Positions 49,635 to 58,495 of a stretch of DNA of 64,000 nucleotides are shown here, one piece after another (the stretch's first letter is position 1; each line of letters starts with the position of its first letter). This stretch comes from Candidatus Pacebacteria bacterium RIFOXYA1_FULL_38_18 (GTDB lineage Bacteria > Patescibacteriota > Microgenomatia > UBA1400 > PJMF01). The notes beneath the pieces are model-generated. The model was not told where the DNA came from and made no database searches. It saw only the letters and a list, made by a program, of their open reading frames with translations. The stretch is taken from assembly GCA_001787405.1 (NCBI GenBank), contig MFWV01000003.1, forward strand, positions 790-64,789, written 5' to 3'. A program made the translations under genes and the position numbers.

Positions 49635-50783
49635 ATGATTAATTTTTCAGCGGTTACCAAACGTTTTGGAAATGGCACAGTGGCTTTGGACCAAGTGTCT
49701 TTTCATATCAATTCTGGTGAGCTAGTAGTGATTACTGGTCCCTCTGGAAGTGGCAAAACCACCCTCATGCGTTTACTCATTCATGATTTTCCACCCACAG
49801 AAGGAGTTGTAGAGTACAAGGGAAAGTCTTTGGAAAGTATTGCTGCTCATGAAGTTCCTTATCATAGACGCAAGATTGGTGTAGTTTTTCAAGACTATCG
49901 TCTTTTGTCAGAACTGAATGTTTGGGAAAATATTGCCCTGCCCCTATCAATCATGGGCAAATCAGAAGCCGAGATTGAATCTAGAGTGACGGATTTATTA
50001 AATTTGGTGCGTTTGGTAGATCAAGCCTTGGTTTTCCCCAAGCAATTATCTGGAGGAGAAGCTCAACGGGTGAGTATTGCCAGAGCGCTGGCTACTGGTC
50101 CCAGTGTTATTTTTGCTGATGAACCAACCGGCAATTTGGATAAAAAATCCAGTTTGGGAATCGTCAAACTACTTCAGCAAATTAATGCTTTGGGTACTAC
50201 GGTTTTGATCGCCACACATGATGTCACCCTTTTGGATTATCTAGAAAATGAGCGTCATTTGGAACTGGATAGTGGTAAATTGATCAAAGATACCAGACCG
50301 AGCAAAGCCTCAACTACATCAGCAGAAATTTCTCCAGAATCTCCAAAATCAGAAAAACCAGAGGAATTGAAGGAAAAACCAGCAGAATTAACTAAAAAAT
50401 TAAAGGAATCGGTTGAGAAACCAGCAGATTCGGAAGAGAAATTAACTCAAAAAGACTCAGTTTCAAAAGAAAAGTCAGGTAAAAGTCAGAAAAAGAGCAA
50501 AGACAGCAAGAAATTAACTTCGACTGCCAAAAAATCAGCTCAAGCTGATTCGGCTGAATTTGTGACCAAAGTAGAAGCGGAAGAAAAATCGCTAGCAGAT
50601 GAGTTTAAAGAAGTTACCAATCAACCTAAGAGTAAAAAAGCTTCGTTGTTTAGTAATTTCAGCAAAAATCTCTCCTCGCTAAAAATGCCGATTTTTGGTA
50701 AAAATAAACAACCGGCAAAAAAGAGTAAAATAGAACCAGATAGACATGTAGCAGTTGAGGAAGACGAGGAACACCATGAGTAA
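49635..50783 (+). CDS. ftsE: Cell division ATP-binding protein FtsE with long C-terminal tail
   Basis: GPSGSGKTT, RRKIGVVFQDYRLL, LSGGEAQR, ADEPTGNLD; upstream of ftsX. Confidence 0.92.
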   Translation: MINFSAVTKRFGNGTVALDQVSFHINSGELVVITGPSGSGKTTLMRLLIHDFPPTEGVVEYKGKSLESIAAHEVPYHRRKIGVVFQDYRLLSELNVWENIALPLSIMGKSEAEIESRVTDLLNLVRLVDQALVFPKQLSGGEAQRVSIARALATGPSVIFADEPTGNLDKKSSLGIVKLLQQINALGTTVLIATHDVTLLDYLENERHLELDSGKLIKDTRPSKASTTSAEISPESPKSEKPEELKEKPAELTKKLKESVEKPADSEEKLTQKDSVSKEKSGKSQKKSKDSKKLTSTAKKSAQADSAEFVTKVEAEEKSLADEFKEVTNQPKSKKASLFSNFSKNLSSLKMPIFGKNKQPAKKSKIEPDRHVAVEEDEEHHE

Positions 50784-51648
50784 AATGCAAGATGCCTTGG
50801 TAGCTATTCGCCGCACTCCTTATCAGAGCACGATAGCTATCTTGATGGTCACCATCACTTTTTTTGTAGCTTATATTTTTTCATTATTTGCAGCAGGCAC
50901 CAATGCTATTTTGCAGTTTTTTGAAACTAGACCACAAGTGATTGCTTTTTTCAACATTGATGCAGAGTCGGCTCAGATTGAAACTCTGGCAAACACGATG
51001 CGTGAGCGTCCCTATGTAGAGAAAGTCAATGTTATTTCCAAGCAACAGGCTCTGGAAATTTACCAGCGTGATCATCAAGAAGACCCCTTGCTTTTGGAGT
51101 TGGTAACGGCTGATATTTTACCGGCCAGTGTTGAGGTTTCTGGCAGAACGGCCGATTCTTTGGCTCAAATTCAAACAGACTTGAGTGGTGCCTCTGGAGT
51201 AGAGGATGTGGTTTATCAAGAAGACATTGTACAAAATATTCGTCAGTGGACAAATGTAGTGCGCATCAGTGGTTTTGTAGCCACTGGCACACTGGGAGTA
51301 GTCTCGTTTCTGTCAATCGTGACCCTGGTAGGGATGAAGGTTTCGGCCAAACGCCAAACCATCAGCGTCATGAATACTATTGGAGCTACCAATTGGTACA
51401 TCAGTAGCCCATTTGTACTAGAGGGAATGTTATACGGCTTGGTTGGCTCGCTAGTGGGCTGGATTGCTATGTATGTCTTATTACTTTATACCACTCCTTG
51501 GATTCAAGAATTTATGGGAGAAGTATTGACCATGCCCCTACCTTGGCAAATCTTCGTCTGGCAGTTGGGGATTGGTATCTTGGCTGCCGTAATCTTGGGG
51601 GCTGGGGCTAGTTTACTGGCTGCTCGCCGGATGTTGAAACGCACTTAA
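50776..51648 (+). CDS. ftsX: Cell division permease FtsX
   Basis: 4-TM topology, LPAS, IGAT.WYI..PFVLEG. Confidence 0.9.
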   Translation: MSKMQDALVAIRRTPYQSTIAILMVTITFFVAYIFSLFAAGTNAILQFFETRPQVIAFFNIDAESAQIETLANTMRERPYVEKVNVISKQQALEIYQRDHQEDPLLLELVTADILPASVEVSGRTADSLAQIQTDLSGASGVEDVVYQEDIVQNIRQWTNVVRISGFVATGTLGVVSFLSIVTLVGMKVSAKRQTISVMNTIGATNWYISSPFVLEGMLYGLVGSLVGWIAMYVLLLYTTPWIQEFMGEVLTMPLPWQIFVWQLGIGILAAVILGAGASLLAARRMLKRT

Positions 51649-51665
51649 ATAGTTTAGTTTTCATT

Positions 51666-52910
51666 ATGAAATTAAGATTTTCTTTCAAACAATTCATCCT
51701 GAGTTGTTTATTAATTATTGGCAGTTTATTGCTAATCGTGAATCAAACTAGAGCTCAAGAGTGTGAAGAATTCAACTGCTCGGAAGACAACGAAGAGTGT
51801 TTGAAAAATAAGAAAATTTGTTTGGAAAATGCTATTGCCGGAACTAGACAACAAGCAACAACCCTGAAAAGTGCCATTAGTTTGCTCAATGGCCAAATCG
51901 CCCTGCAACAACTTCAAGTTAATCAAACTCAGGCCGAGATTTATCAATTGGAAATAGAGATCGAGGAATTGTCTCAGCGCATTGAGGGTTTGGGATATTC
52001 ACTAGATCGATTGGGAACAGTGTTGATTGAACGAGTGCGTACTCAATACAAACAGAGTCGCTCTGCTCCATCCTTGAGTTTATTGGGCGCTAATAGCTTG
52101 TCTGATCTAGTAACACAGGCAAGATATTTATTACTTGCCCAACGGCAGACTGCTGACACCATGGAGCGAACAGAAACACAGCGCTTAGCCTATGATGAGC
52201 AAAAAACCCTAAAAGAAGAAAAACAAGCAGAATTGGCTACTAAAAGACAACAACTAGAAGCAGAAAAAGCCATTATTACTCAAAAACGCACTGAACAAGA
52301 AAATTTATTAAATATCACCAACAACAGCGAACAACAATATCAAAGTCTTTTGAATGAAGCGAACAGACAACTAGCCGCTTTTAGTCGATTTGTTACTAGC
52401 CAGGGTGGAGCCTCTATTTTGAGTGGGCAAACTTATAATGATGATGGTTGGGGAAAATATTATTCTCAGCGAGATTCACTTTGGGGCAATAAAGGTATTG
52501 GTGCATCCGGCAGTTCAATGGCAGAGTATGGTTGCTTGGTAACCTCGATGGCGATGGTTACTTCTCATTATGGAAAAGACCTAACTCCTGGACAAATTGC
52601 TGATAGTACTTCTCCATTTGTTTTTCCCACGGCCTACATGATTCAAGGCACTTGGAATGTGAATGGAGTGAGCACCACTCGTACTAGGGTGGGCTATTCT
52701 GTTTCCACTTTGGATTCAGAACTATCAGCGGGCAGACCAGTGATCGTGGGTATTGGCAGTGGTCCTGATCACTTTATTGTAATTAAAGAGAAAAAAGATG
52801 GTAATTACATCATGCATGATCCATTTATCAAAGATGGTCATAACTTGAATTTTACAGATCATTATTCATTGGGCAGTATTTCTGCCGTGGATCGAGTGAC
52901 TGTGAATTAA
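51666..52910 (+). CDS. Secreted coiled-coil protein with C-terminal peptidase C39-like domain
   Basis: Signal peptide, PcsB/EnvC-like coiled coil, YSQRD..W, GCLVTSMAM, PVIV, HFIV, HDP. Confidence 0.82.
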   Translation: MKLRFSFKQFILSCLLIIGSLLLIVNQTRAQECEEFNCSEDNEECLKNKKICLENAIAGTRQQATTLKSAISLLNGQIALQQLQVNQTQAEIYQLEIEIEELSQRIEGLGYSLDRLGTVLIERVRTQYKQSRSAPSLSLLGANSLSDLVTQARYLLLAQRQTADTMERTETQRLAYDEQKTLKEEKQAELATKRQQLEAEKAIITQKRTEQENLLNITNNSEQQYQSLLNEANRQLAAFSRFVTSQGGASILSGQTYNDDGWGKYYSQRDSLWGNKGIGASGSSMAEYGCLVTSMAMVTSHYGKDLTPGQIADSTSPFVFPTAYMIQGTWNVNGVSTTRTRVGYSVSTLDSELSAGRPVIVGIGSGPDHFIVIKEKKDGNYIMHDPFIKDGHNLNFTDHYSLGSISAVDRVTVN

Positions 52911-52963
52911 TTTTTTTATTCTCTTTCTTTCCGTGTCAAACTAATGTCAATATTGGCCGATAA

Positions 52964-52988
52964 ACTTAGATAAGTTAATTATTTAAGT
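52964..52988. promoter_or_regulatory. Inverted repeat, candidate operator of the downstream pair
   Basis: ACTTAGATAA-gttaa-TTATTTAAGT (9/10 match). Confidence 0.5.
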
Positions 52989-52999
52989 AGGATTTTTTT

Positions 53000-53338
53000 G
53001 TGAAAAATAGTGAACCACTAGTGCTTGACGTTGAGGATTATCGAGGGAAAAGGGTGGTTTTTACGGAAAAGAAAAGAAAGCAAAAGCTTTCCAAGCATCC
53101 ACACTTAATTGATGCAAAGTTCATTGGTTTTTTGGAGAGGGCAATCGTGGATCCAGATCAAGTTTGGCAAGATTTAGACGATCCTAAGAGAAAAAGGTGT
53201 TATTATTACAAATATTCTGCCTATAGATATGTTAAAGCCGTTGTCTGGATTGCAGATGATCCGTGTTTGGTAGTTACGGCATACGATCTTGACTATATAA
53301 AAGAGCTAAACTATCCTAAACTCAAGAGGCTACTATGA
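53000..53338 (+). CDS. Candidate BECR-fold (PBECR2/DUF4258-like) RNase toxin
   Basis: KHP, AIVDPDQVWQD..RCYY..YVKAVV..VVTAY; overlaps next ORF (ATGA). Confidence 0.55.
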   Translation: MKNSEPLVLDVEDYRGKRVVFTEKKRKQKLSKHPHLIDAKFIGFLERAIVDPDQVWQDLDDPKRKRCYYYKYSAYRYVKAVVWIADDPCLVVTAYDLDYIKELNYPKLKRLL

Positions 53339-53766
53339 GCACAATTATTTCCTCTACTACCAGCAAAGATTTCAAAAATCAACTCGTTAGTTTGGCGTCA
53401 AATCTTGATTTGGTGTCAAAGAAAAACCGTTGGACAATTAGTTATGATAATGAAACTGATGCACTTTCCTTTTCAGAGGATCGTCTTCCGCTGGATACAA
53501 AAATTCACTATTTAGATCATGAATTGGCAGTTTACTTAACTTCTCAAAATGATATTAAAGGGTTATTTATTGAATATTTTACTAAAAATTTTTTAAGTCA
53601 TAACGAAGATTTAAAAAAATTGAGAGTCGAATTGTTAAAACAAAGAAAATCAGCCAAAGAAGATATTATCCAAGTTAAAAAAACAACAGCTCGGTTACTG
53701 GTTGAAGAACTTCAGGAGAATCTCCATGATTTTCTGGTAACAAATCTTCAGCTCACCCGGTTCTAA
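53335..53766 (+). CDS. DUF2283-like candidate antitoxin
   Basis: ISYDNETDALSF...LAVYL...IKGLFIE. Confidence 0.5.
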   Translation: MSTIISSTTSKDFKNQLVSLASNLDLVSKKNRWTISYDNETDALSFSEDRLPLDTKIHYLDHELAVYLTSQNDIKGLFIEYFTKNFLSHNEDLKKLRVELLKQRKSAKEDIIQVKKTTARLLVEELQENLHDFLVTNLQLTRF

Positions 53767-53793
53767 TCTTCTCAATACACGTCCTATAAAATC

Positions 53794-53822
53794 TTGACAT
53801 AATATCTATTTTAGTCTATCAT
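53794..53822 (+). promoter_or_regulatory. Sigma70 promoter
   Basis: TTGACA-17 nt-TATCAT. Confidence 0.75.
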
Positions 53823-53922
53823 ACTGTATCACTTTAGAAAAAGCCGACAAAGTTGGTTTCTTTCTCAGGTAAATCAAATAAAAATTTTCATTGGTACTTT
53901 GGTGACCAATAAAGGAAAAAAT

Positions 53923-54222
53923 ATGAAATTTATTAAATCACTTCTTGCTTTGAGCATAGTAGCTATCATGTTTAATAGTTCTGTGCTGACAGTGCTAGCT
54001 GATGGTACTGAAGCTGAAGCCGAGGCAAATGCTGAAGTTATCTGTGAAACAGGTGACTATGGTCAAGCTATCAATTGTAAAGCTAAAAGCGATGCTTCTG
54101 CCAAAGTAGTCACTCGTCATGAACCTATTAATACAGGTTTAGGTGCTCAGGGTGTAGCTATGGCAGTGGGCACAATTGCCACTGGTGCTGCTGCTGTTGT
54201 AGCCAAATTTCGCTTGCGCTAA
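53923..54222 (+). CDS. Small secreted protein with sorting-signal-like C-terminus
   Basis: SD AAAGGA, signal peptide, Cys pair, PINTG-hydrophobic-KFRLR. Confidence 0.75.
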   Translation: MKFIKSLLALSIVAIMFNSSVLTVLADGTEAEAEANAEVICETGDYGQAINCKAKSDASAKVVTRHEPINTGLGAQGVAMAVGTIATGAAAVVAKFRLR

Positions 54223-54340
54223 GCAAAACTAAATAACTTTTCTTTCTAGATTTTTGAGGAAAATAAGGCTCTGGTCTTGGCTAAGACGAGAAGGTATGCT
54301 AATCTAATGATCTTAAGTTAAATAGAAAGAAAATTTATTC

Positions 54341-54649
54341 ATGGCAAAAACCACTTCTCCCAAATATCTAGATGATGCTTTTGCTGAAATTTGCGCTGAA
54401 ATGTTGGAAATTTTTATCAAAAAACATAAAGATTATGGTAAAGGTAATATTTTGGACAATGGAGAGCTTGGTATTGTTTTTCGCATTAATGACAAATTGC
54501 GCCGTTTACAAAACTTGCGTGAATCTGGTAAGACTCCCACCAATGAAGCCATTGAAGATACCTGGATTGACATCAGTGTCTATGCAGTGATCGCTCTACT
54601 TTTAAAATCTGGTAAATTTAAAAAACTCAATTTAAACCCCAAGGTCTAA
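54341..54649 (+). CDS. DUF1599 / nucleotide-modification-associated (Nmad1-like) protein
   Basis: KKHKDYG, RINDKLRRL, EAIEDTWIDISVYA. Confidence 0.75.
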   Translation: MAKTTSPKYLDDAFAEICAEMLEIFIKKHKDYGKGNILDNGELGIVFRINDKLRRLQNLRESGKTPTNEAIEDTWIDISVYAVIALLLKSGKFKKLNLNPKV

Positions 54650-54650
54650 A

Positions 54651-55337
54651 TTATTTTTCAGTGGGCATTTGACAAAAACAGGTGTTGTAAAGTCTATTGA
54701 GATTGAAGATCCTTACTTGCTTGCCTTTGTAATCCAGGACGCCTTGTTTTTTTAGTTTGGCCATTTCAATACTGGCTGTTTCTCTGGTAATACCAGTCAT
54801 CGCAGCGATGCGTTTGTGAGTGAGGGGAAAATCAATGATGACTCCCTGATTTTTGGGAGCTGGTTTGCCGAAACGCTTGGCGTTGAAGTAAAGGGTGGCA
54901 GCGATTTTGCGACTGGCAGTGCCAAAGACTAAAGCCTCGGTTTTGGAAGCCATAGCATTGAGACCAGAAGCCAGACGGATTAATAGTTCTTGCATGACAG
55001 TGGGATTTTGTTTGAGAAAAAGCAAAACTTCTTTTGCTGGAGCTTTTTGAGCGACTACTTTGGTCAGAGTTTCATAAGAACAATCATTAATAATTCCTTG
55101 AAGAATGAGGGAAATGGGCAAATATGAACCTGGCCGATAAATATTGAGGATAAAATCCTCTCCATTTTCTGAGACTACTTGTTGACTGGCATAACCTTCT
55201 TTCAAATAATAGATGAAATTAATTTCATCATCTGGTCGATAAATTACTTCGCCTGATTTGAAAGTTTGACTAGGATATTTTTCAAAGAAATTCTTGAGCT
55301 GATTAGCACCCGGCTCTCTACTAAATAATTTTGCCAT
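54651..55337 (-). CDS. Crp/Fnr-family transcriptional regulator
   Basis: cNMP-binding fold, HTH LTHKRIAAMTGITRETAS. Confidence 0.92.
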   Translation of the reverse strand: MAKLFSREPGANQLKNFFEKYPSQTFKSGEVIYRPDDEINFIYYLKEGYASQQVVSENGEDFILNIYRPGSYLPISLILQGIINDCSYETLTKVVAQKAPAKEVLLFLKQNPTVMQELLIRLASGLNAMASKTEALVFGTASRKIAATLYFNAKRFGKPAPKNQGVIIDFPLTHKRIAAMTGITRETASIEMAKLKKQGVLDYKGKQVRIFNLNRLYNTCFCQMPTEK

Positions 55338-55378
55338 GAACGTAGTATACCAGGCTAAACTATTTTTTTGCTAAATTA

Positions 55379-56068
55379 CTAACAGCCCAAGGTAGCCAGA
55401 CATTGATCGCGAGAATCACCGGCTGGTATCTGGTCGCAGACAGAACAGTCCAGATTTGATTCGGTATTTTCTTCTGTCGTTTCACCAATCGTTTCTTCAT
55501 TGATCATTTCTTGTGGTAGTGTTTTCATCTGTTCCAGCTGAACGTCAAAATCAATAAACTCTATATCGCTGGGAGGGGTAAACATTTTGTTGTCTGGTTT
55601 CCACGGCTGGCAACTAAAGTCCATCGGTTCATCTTTGTCAAAACTAAGTTGCTCTGTTTGACTAGAAGTTTCTTCATCATCAGTTGCAAAAAGCTGATTG
55701 TCCTCTGGATTAATCTTCATTTTATAACCTTGTTTTGTTTCGGAAGACCAGAAATAACTATATTCACCATCTTGAATGATGTAGGACTGCATGGTGCTTT
55801 CGTCTTGTTTTATCTCAAATGAACCGTTAAATTTTTTACCACCATCAGCTACGTAAATCTTGCCATTGGTAACAGTGCCATTTTCTTCATCCGTGTCAGA
55901 AAAAGTACAAGTATAGTCTTCACCCATGGCCATCAATTCAGCAAAAGTAGTGGGAGTTTTACCACCCAACAAGTTTTGACCAGGTCCAGCTGAGCGATTG
56001 AGCCACCAAAAAGCGCCCAAGGCAATGACGACAATCAAACCAATGATCATGGGGAGTTTTTTCTTCAT
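55379..56068 (-). CDS. Hypothetical membrane-anchored protein with Cys-rich end
   Basis: N-terminal TM, YTCTF, CQPW..D..MFTPP, C-terminal CxxC..C...C. Confidence 0.75.
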   Translation of the reverse strand: MKKKLPMIIGLIVVIALGAFWWLNRSAGPGQNLLGGKTPTTFAELMAMGEDYTCTFSDTDEENGTVTNGKIYVADGGKKFNGSFEIKQDESTMQSYIIQDGEYSYFWSSETKQGYKMKINPEDNQLFATDDEETSSQTEQLSFDKDEPMDFSCQPWKPDNKMFTPPSDIEFIDFDVQLEQMKTLPQEMINEETIGETTEENTESNLDCSVCDQIPAGDSRDQCLATLGC

Positions 56069-56265
56069 ATACCAGTCATACTACTATGGAATAATTTGTC
56101 ATGCAAGTTTTTAGCTTGGGTTTGGTTGAGACTTAGTCTGACTGAATTGTTGGGATTGAGCCAGCCAGTTAACTAGTCAACCAATTAAAATGAGAATTTT
56201 GGTGTGGCCTACTATAAAACACCTCCGCATCTAGCACAATCAGGTGAGTTTTTCATCAATTTATT

Positions 56266-56351
56266 TGGCGGAAGGGGTGGGATTCGAACCCACGATGCCG
56301 TGAGGCGCCGGTTTTCAAGACCGGTGCAATAAACCACTATGCGACCCTTCC
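56266..56351 (-). tRNA. tRNA-Ser(TGA), CCA encoded
   Basis: GGAAGGG/CCCTTCC acceptor, CCGGT-CTTGAAA-ACCGG, T-loop GTTCGAATC. Confidence 0.96.
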
Positions 56352-56449
56352 ATCTCTGGAGCAAATCTATTTGATTGGCTGTTTAATTGTATCATGTGTC
56401 ATCTGGTGCTACTGGAAAACCTGCAGAAAGCTAGTGTATAGTAAAGGTA

Positions 56450-57205
56450 ATGTCTGAACCTGCCTCAACTGCCGTTCGTAGTGCTCTTCGTGGTCAAACA
56501 ATGACTGAGGGTGTTGCAGAGCATCCACTAGATAGAATTAGAGTTGCCCAACAAGAAGCCAAGCAATCTAGTCAAAAGAATCAATCTTCTAGTCAGCCCG
56601 ATAGTCAAACCGTTGGCCAATCAGCCGATCAGCAAGCATCAGAAAAAGCTGCCCAACGTGTTGCTGCCAATCTTCCCGAAGATCTTCAACTAGAACGATC
56701 CAAAGTAGCCCCTGGTTTATACAAACCAGTGCCGGAAATAATGGTTTTTCAATGGTCGGCTCCCAGCAGACCTTTTAAAAAACACCAGCGTCAATTTTTT
56801 GTGACGGTGACGGTGATCGCTTTGTTGGTTTCATTGATTTTATTTTTCTCTGGTCAATTTTTACCGATCGCCGTGGTGATCTCGGTTTTATTTTTAATGT
56901 ATGTACTGCAAGTCGTTCCACCTCAAGACATTCAACACCAACTGACTACTTTTGGTATTAAACTGGAAGATAATTTGTATTATTGGCAGGAAATGGGGCG
57001 GTTTTGGTTTGATAAAAAGTTTGACCAATTATTGCTCAATATCGAAACATTACGTTTTCCAGGCAGAATTACTATGGTGTTACCCAAAGAGCATCAAGAA
57101 GAAGTGCGAGAAATATTAGCCGAAGTATTGTTAGAGCAAAAACCAGAATTGACTACTTTTGAGAAAATTTCTCAGTGGTTTCAGGAAAAAATTCCTTTGG
57201 AATAA
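56450..57205 (+). CDS. Hypothetical membrane protein (2 TM plus PH-like C-terminus)
   Basis: WSAPSRPFKK, TM pair, GIKL...YYWQEM..FW. Confidence 0.75.
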   Translation: MSEPASTAVRSALRGQTMTEGVAEHPLDRIRVAQQEAKQSSQKNQSSSQPDSQTVGQSADQQASEKAAQRVAANLPEDLQLERSKVAPGLYKPVPEIMVFQWSAPSRPFKKHQRQFFVTVTVIALLVSLILFFSGQFLPIAVVISVLFLMYVLQVVPPQDIQHQLTTFGIKLEDNLYYWQEMGRFWFDKKFDQLLLNIETLRFPGRITMVLPKEHQEEVREILAEVLLEQKPELTTFEKISQWFQEKIPLE

Positions 57206-57226
57206 ATTTTCGGATGGAATAAATCT

Positions 57227-57352
57227 TCAAATTTGAGTTTTAAGAAAGTTTAATACTTCGTCAGCGTGGTTGTTTGGTTTGACTTTTTTCCAAACTTTGA
57301 TGATTTTTCCTTTTGGATCAATGATAAAAAACGAGTTCTCTAAAATCAACAA
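57227..57352 (-). pseudogene. C-terminal remnant of a BCP/PrxQ peroxiredoxin
   Basis: Manual translation LLILENSFFIIDPKGKIIKVWKKVKPNNHADEVLNFLKTQI*; no catalytic Cys region. Confidence 0.7.
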
Positions 57353-57360
57353 GACTCCTT

Positions 57361-58452
57361 TTAAATAGAAGAAGTAATTTTGTCAATTAACTCAAGTTCT
57401 AAATCTAATTGTGTTGGTAAAAAAGGTGTTAACTCCTCAGCATTCTTTATACTGTTTTCAACAGCTTTTTTTATTAAATCTACATCTTCATCACCAGTAC
57501 TCAAAGGAGAAATATGCGCTACTTGCCCTTCTGATTGCCATGTGTAATTTCCAATTCTCAATTTTCCTTCGTTGACATTGAAAGAACCAATTGCCCGCAG
57601 CTTACTAGCTACTAAATCTTTCACATAATTCTCAAGCTCAAACGATTTTATTTCTCCCTTTTGAAGACGCTCATTTTCGTAATTTTGGGCATCTTTTAAT
57701 ATGTTTTTTTCAGGAAATAGTATTTCTTTAGAAGACCAAGCGAGTGCTTGTTCACTAAAGTCTGGATATCTTTCGTCCATAGATTCAATTGTTACCCCTC
57801 CATAAGATTGTCCATATTTTTCATATAATTCAGTGGCGCTTTCCGCTGCTACAGTCTTATTAAACCTTAGTGAATAAAAACCATCAGGAGTTAAAAACAC
57901 ATAAATATGTTTTGAAGTCTGTTGCTCCTCCTCCTTCTCATCATCTTGTGATAAAGTTTTTTCACCCAATTTACGAATCGGGGTTAAGAGTAATACTCCA
58001 GATGATTCAGCTAAACCAAACGATAAGCAAAAAATGCCTGTTGTTTTTTTCTTTTCAATCATTTTTTTCATCAATTCAACCATTCGAATTTTCTTTAGTA
58101 ATTGCTTAGACTCAGTTGTTTCTGCATCTTTGCTTAGTGAATCTATTTCTTTCTGAAGTCTGTCTATAAACCTATCAATGGATTCCAGCCACTGTTTTTC
58201 ATTATCTTCTCCATTTTGAAGCATCTCATTAGAAATTCCCTCTTTCAGAAATCCAGGGCTAATTAAGCTTTCTGGCGAAATAAGAGACAGATTCCTGGTT
58301 GGGCCTTGAGTTTCTATCATCCCTTTTCTGATGGCGTTGCCAATATCCATCTTTGGGTCGGTTTTTCCAGTACTTATATCTATTTCTTCTTGACTACCAA
58401 TTTTGCCTTGTCCTTTTAAATTGCTTGGGAAATCTTTAGGTAATTCACTCAT
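57361..58452 (-). CDS. Hypothetical protein (orphan-like, AT-rich) directly downstream of tRNA-Pro
   Basis: 363-aa ORF, no recognised motif. Confidence 0.75.
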   Translation of the reverse strand: MSELPKDFPSNLKGQGKIGSQEEIDISTGKTDPKMDIGNAIRKGMIETQGPTRNLSLISPESLISPGFLKEGISNEMLQNGEDNEKQWLESIDRFIDRLQKEIDSLSKDAETTESKQLLKKIRMVELMKKMIEKKKTTGIFCLSFGLAESSGVLLLTPIRKLGEKTLSQDDEKEEEQQTSKHIYVFLTPDGFYSLRFNKTVAAESATELYEKYGQSYGGVTIESMDERYPDFSEQALAWSSKEILFPEKNILKDAQNYENERLQKGEIKSFELENYVKDLVASKLRAIGSFNVNEGKLRIGNYTWQSEGQVAHISPLSTGDEDVDLIKKAVENSIKNAEELTPFLPTQLDLELELIDKITSSI

Positions 58453-58495
58453 ATATCTTTCATAATCTTAATATTAACTAATTGTAGCATTTATG

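Noticed and set aside
52963-52989. dif-like site
   Set aside because: The spacer is 5 bp rather than 6 and the right arm fits XerD TTATGTTAAAT poorly; an operator is more plausible.
56220-56229. CACCTCCGCA matching the tRNA-Ser(GGA) 3' end on the opposite strand
   Set aside because: Only 10 bp with no T-arm; could be chance.
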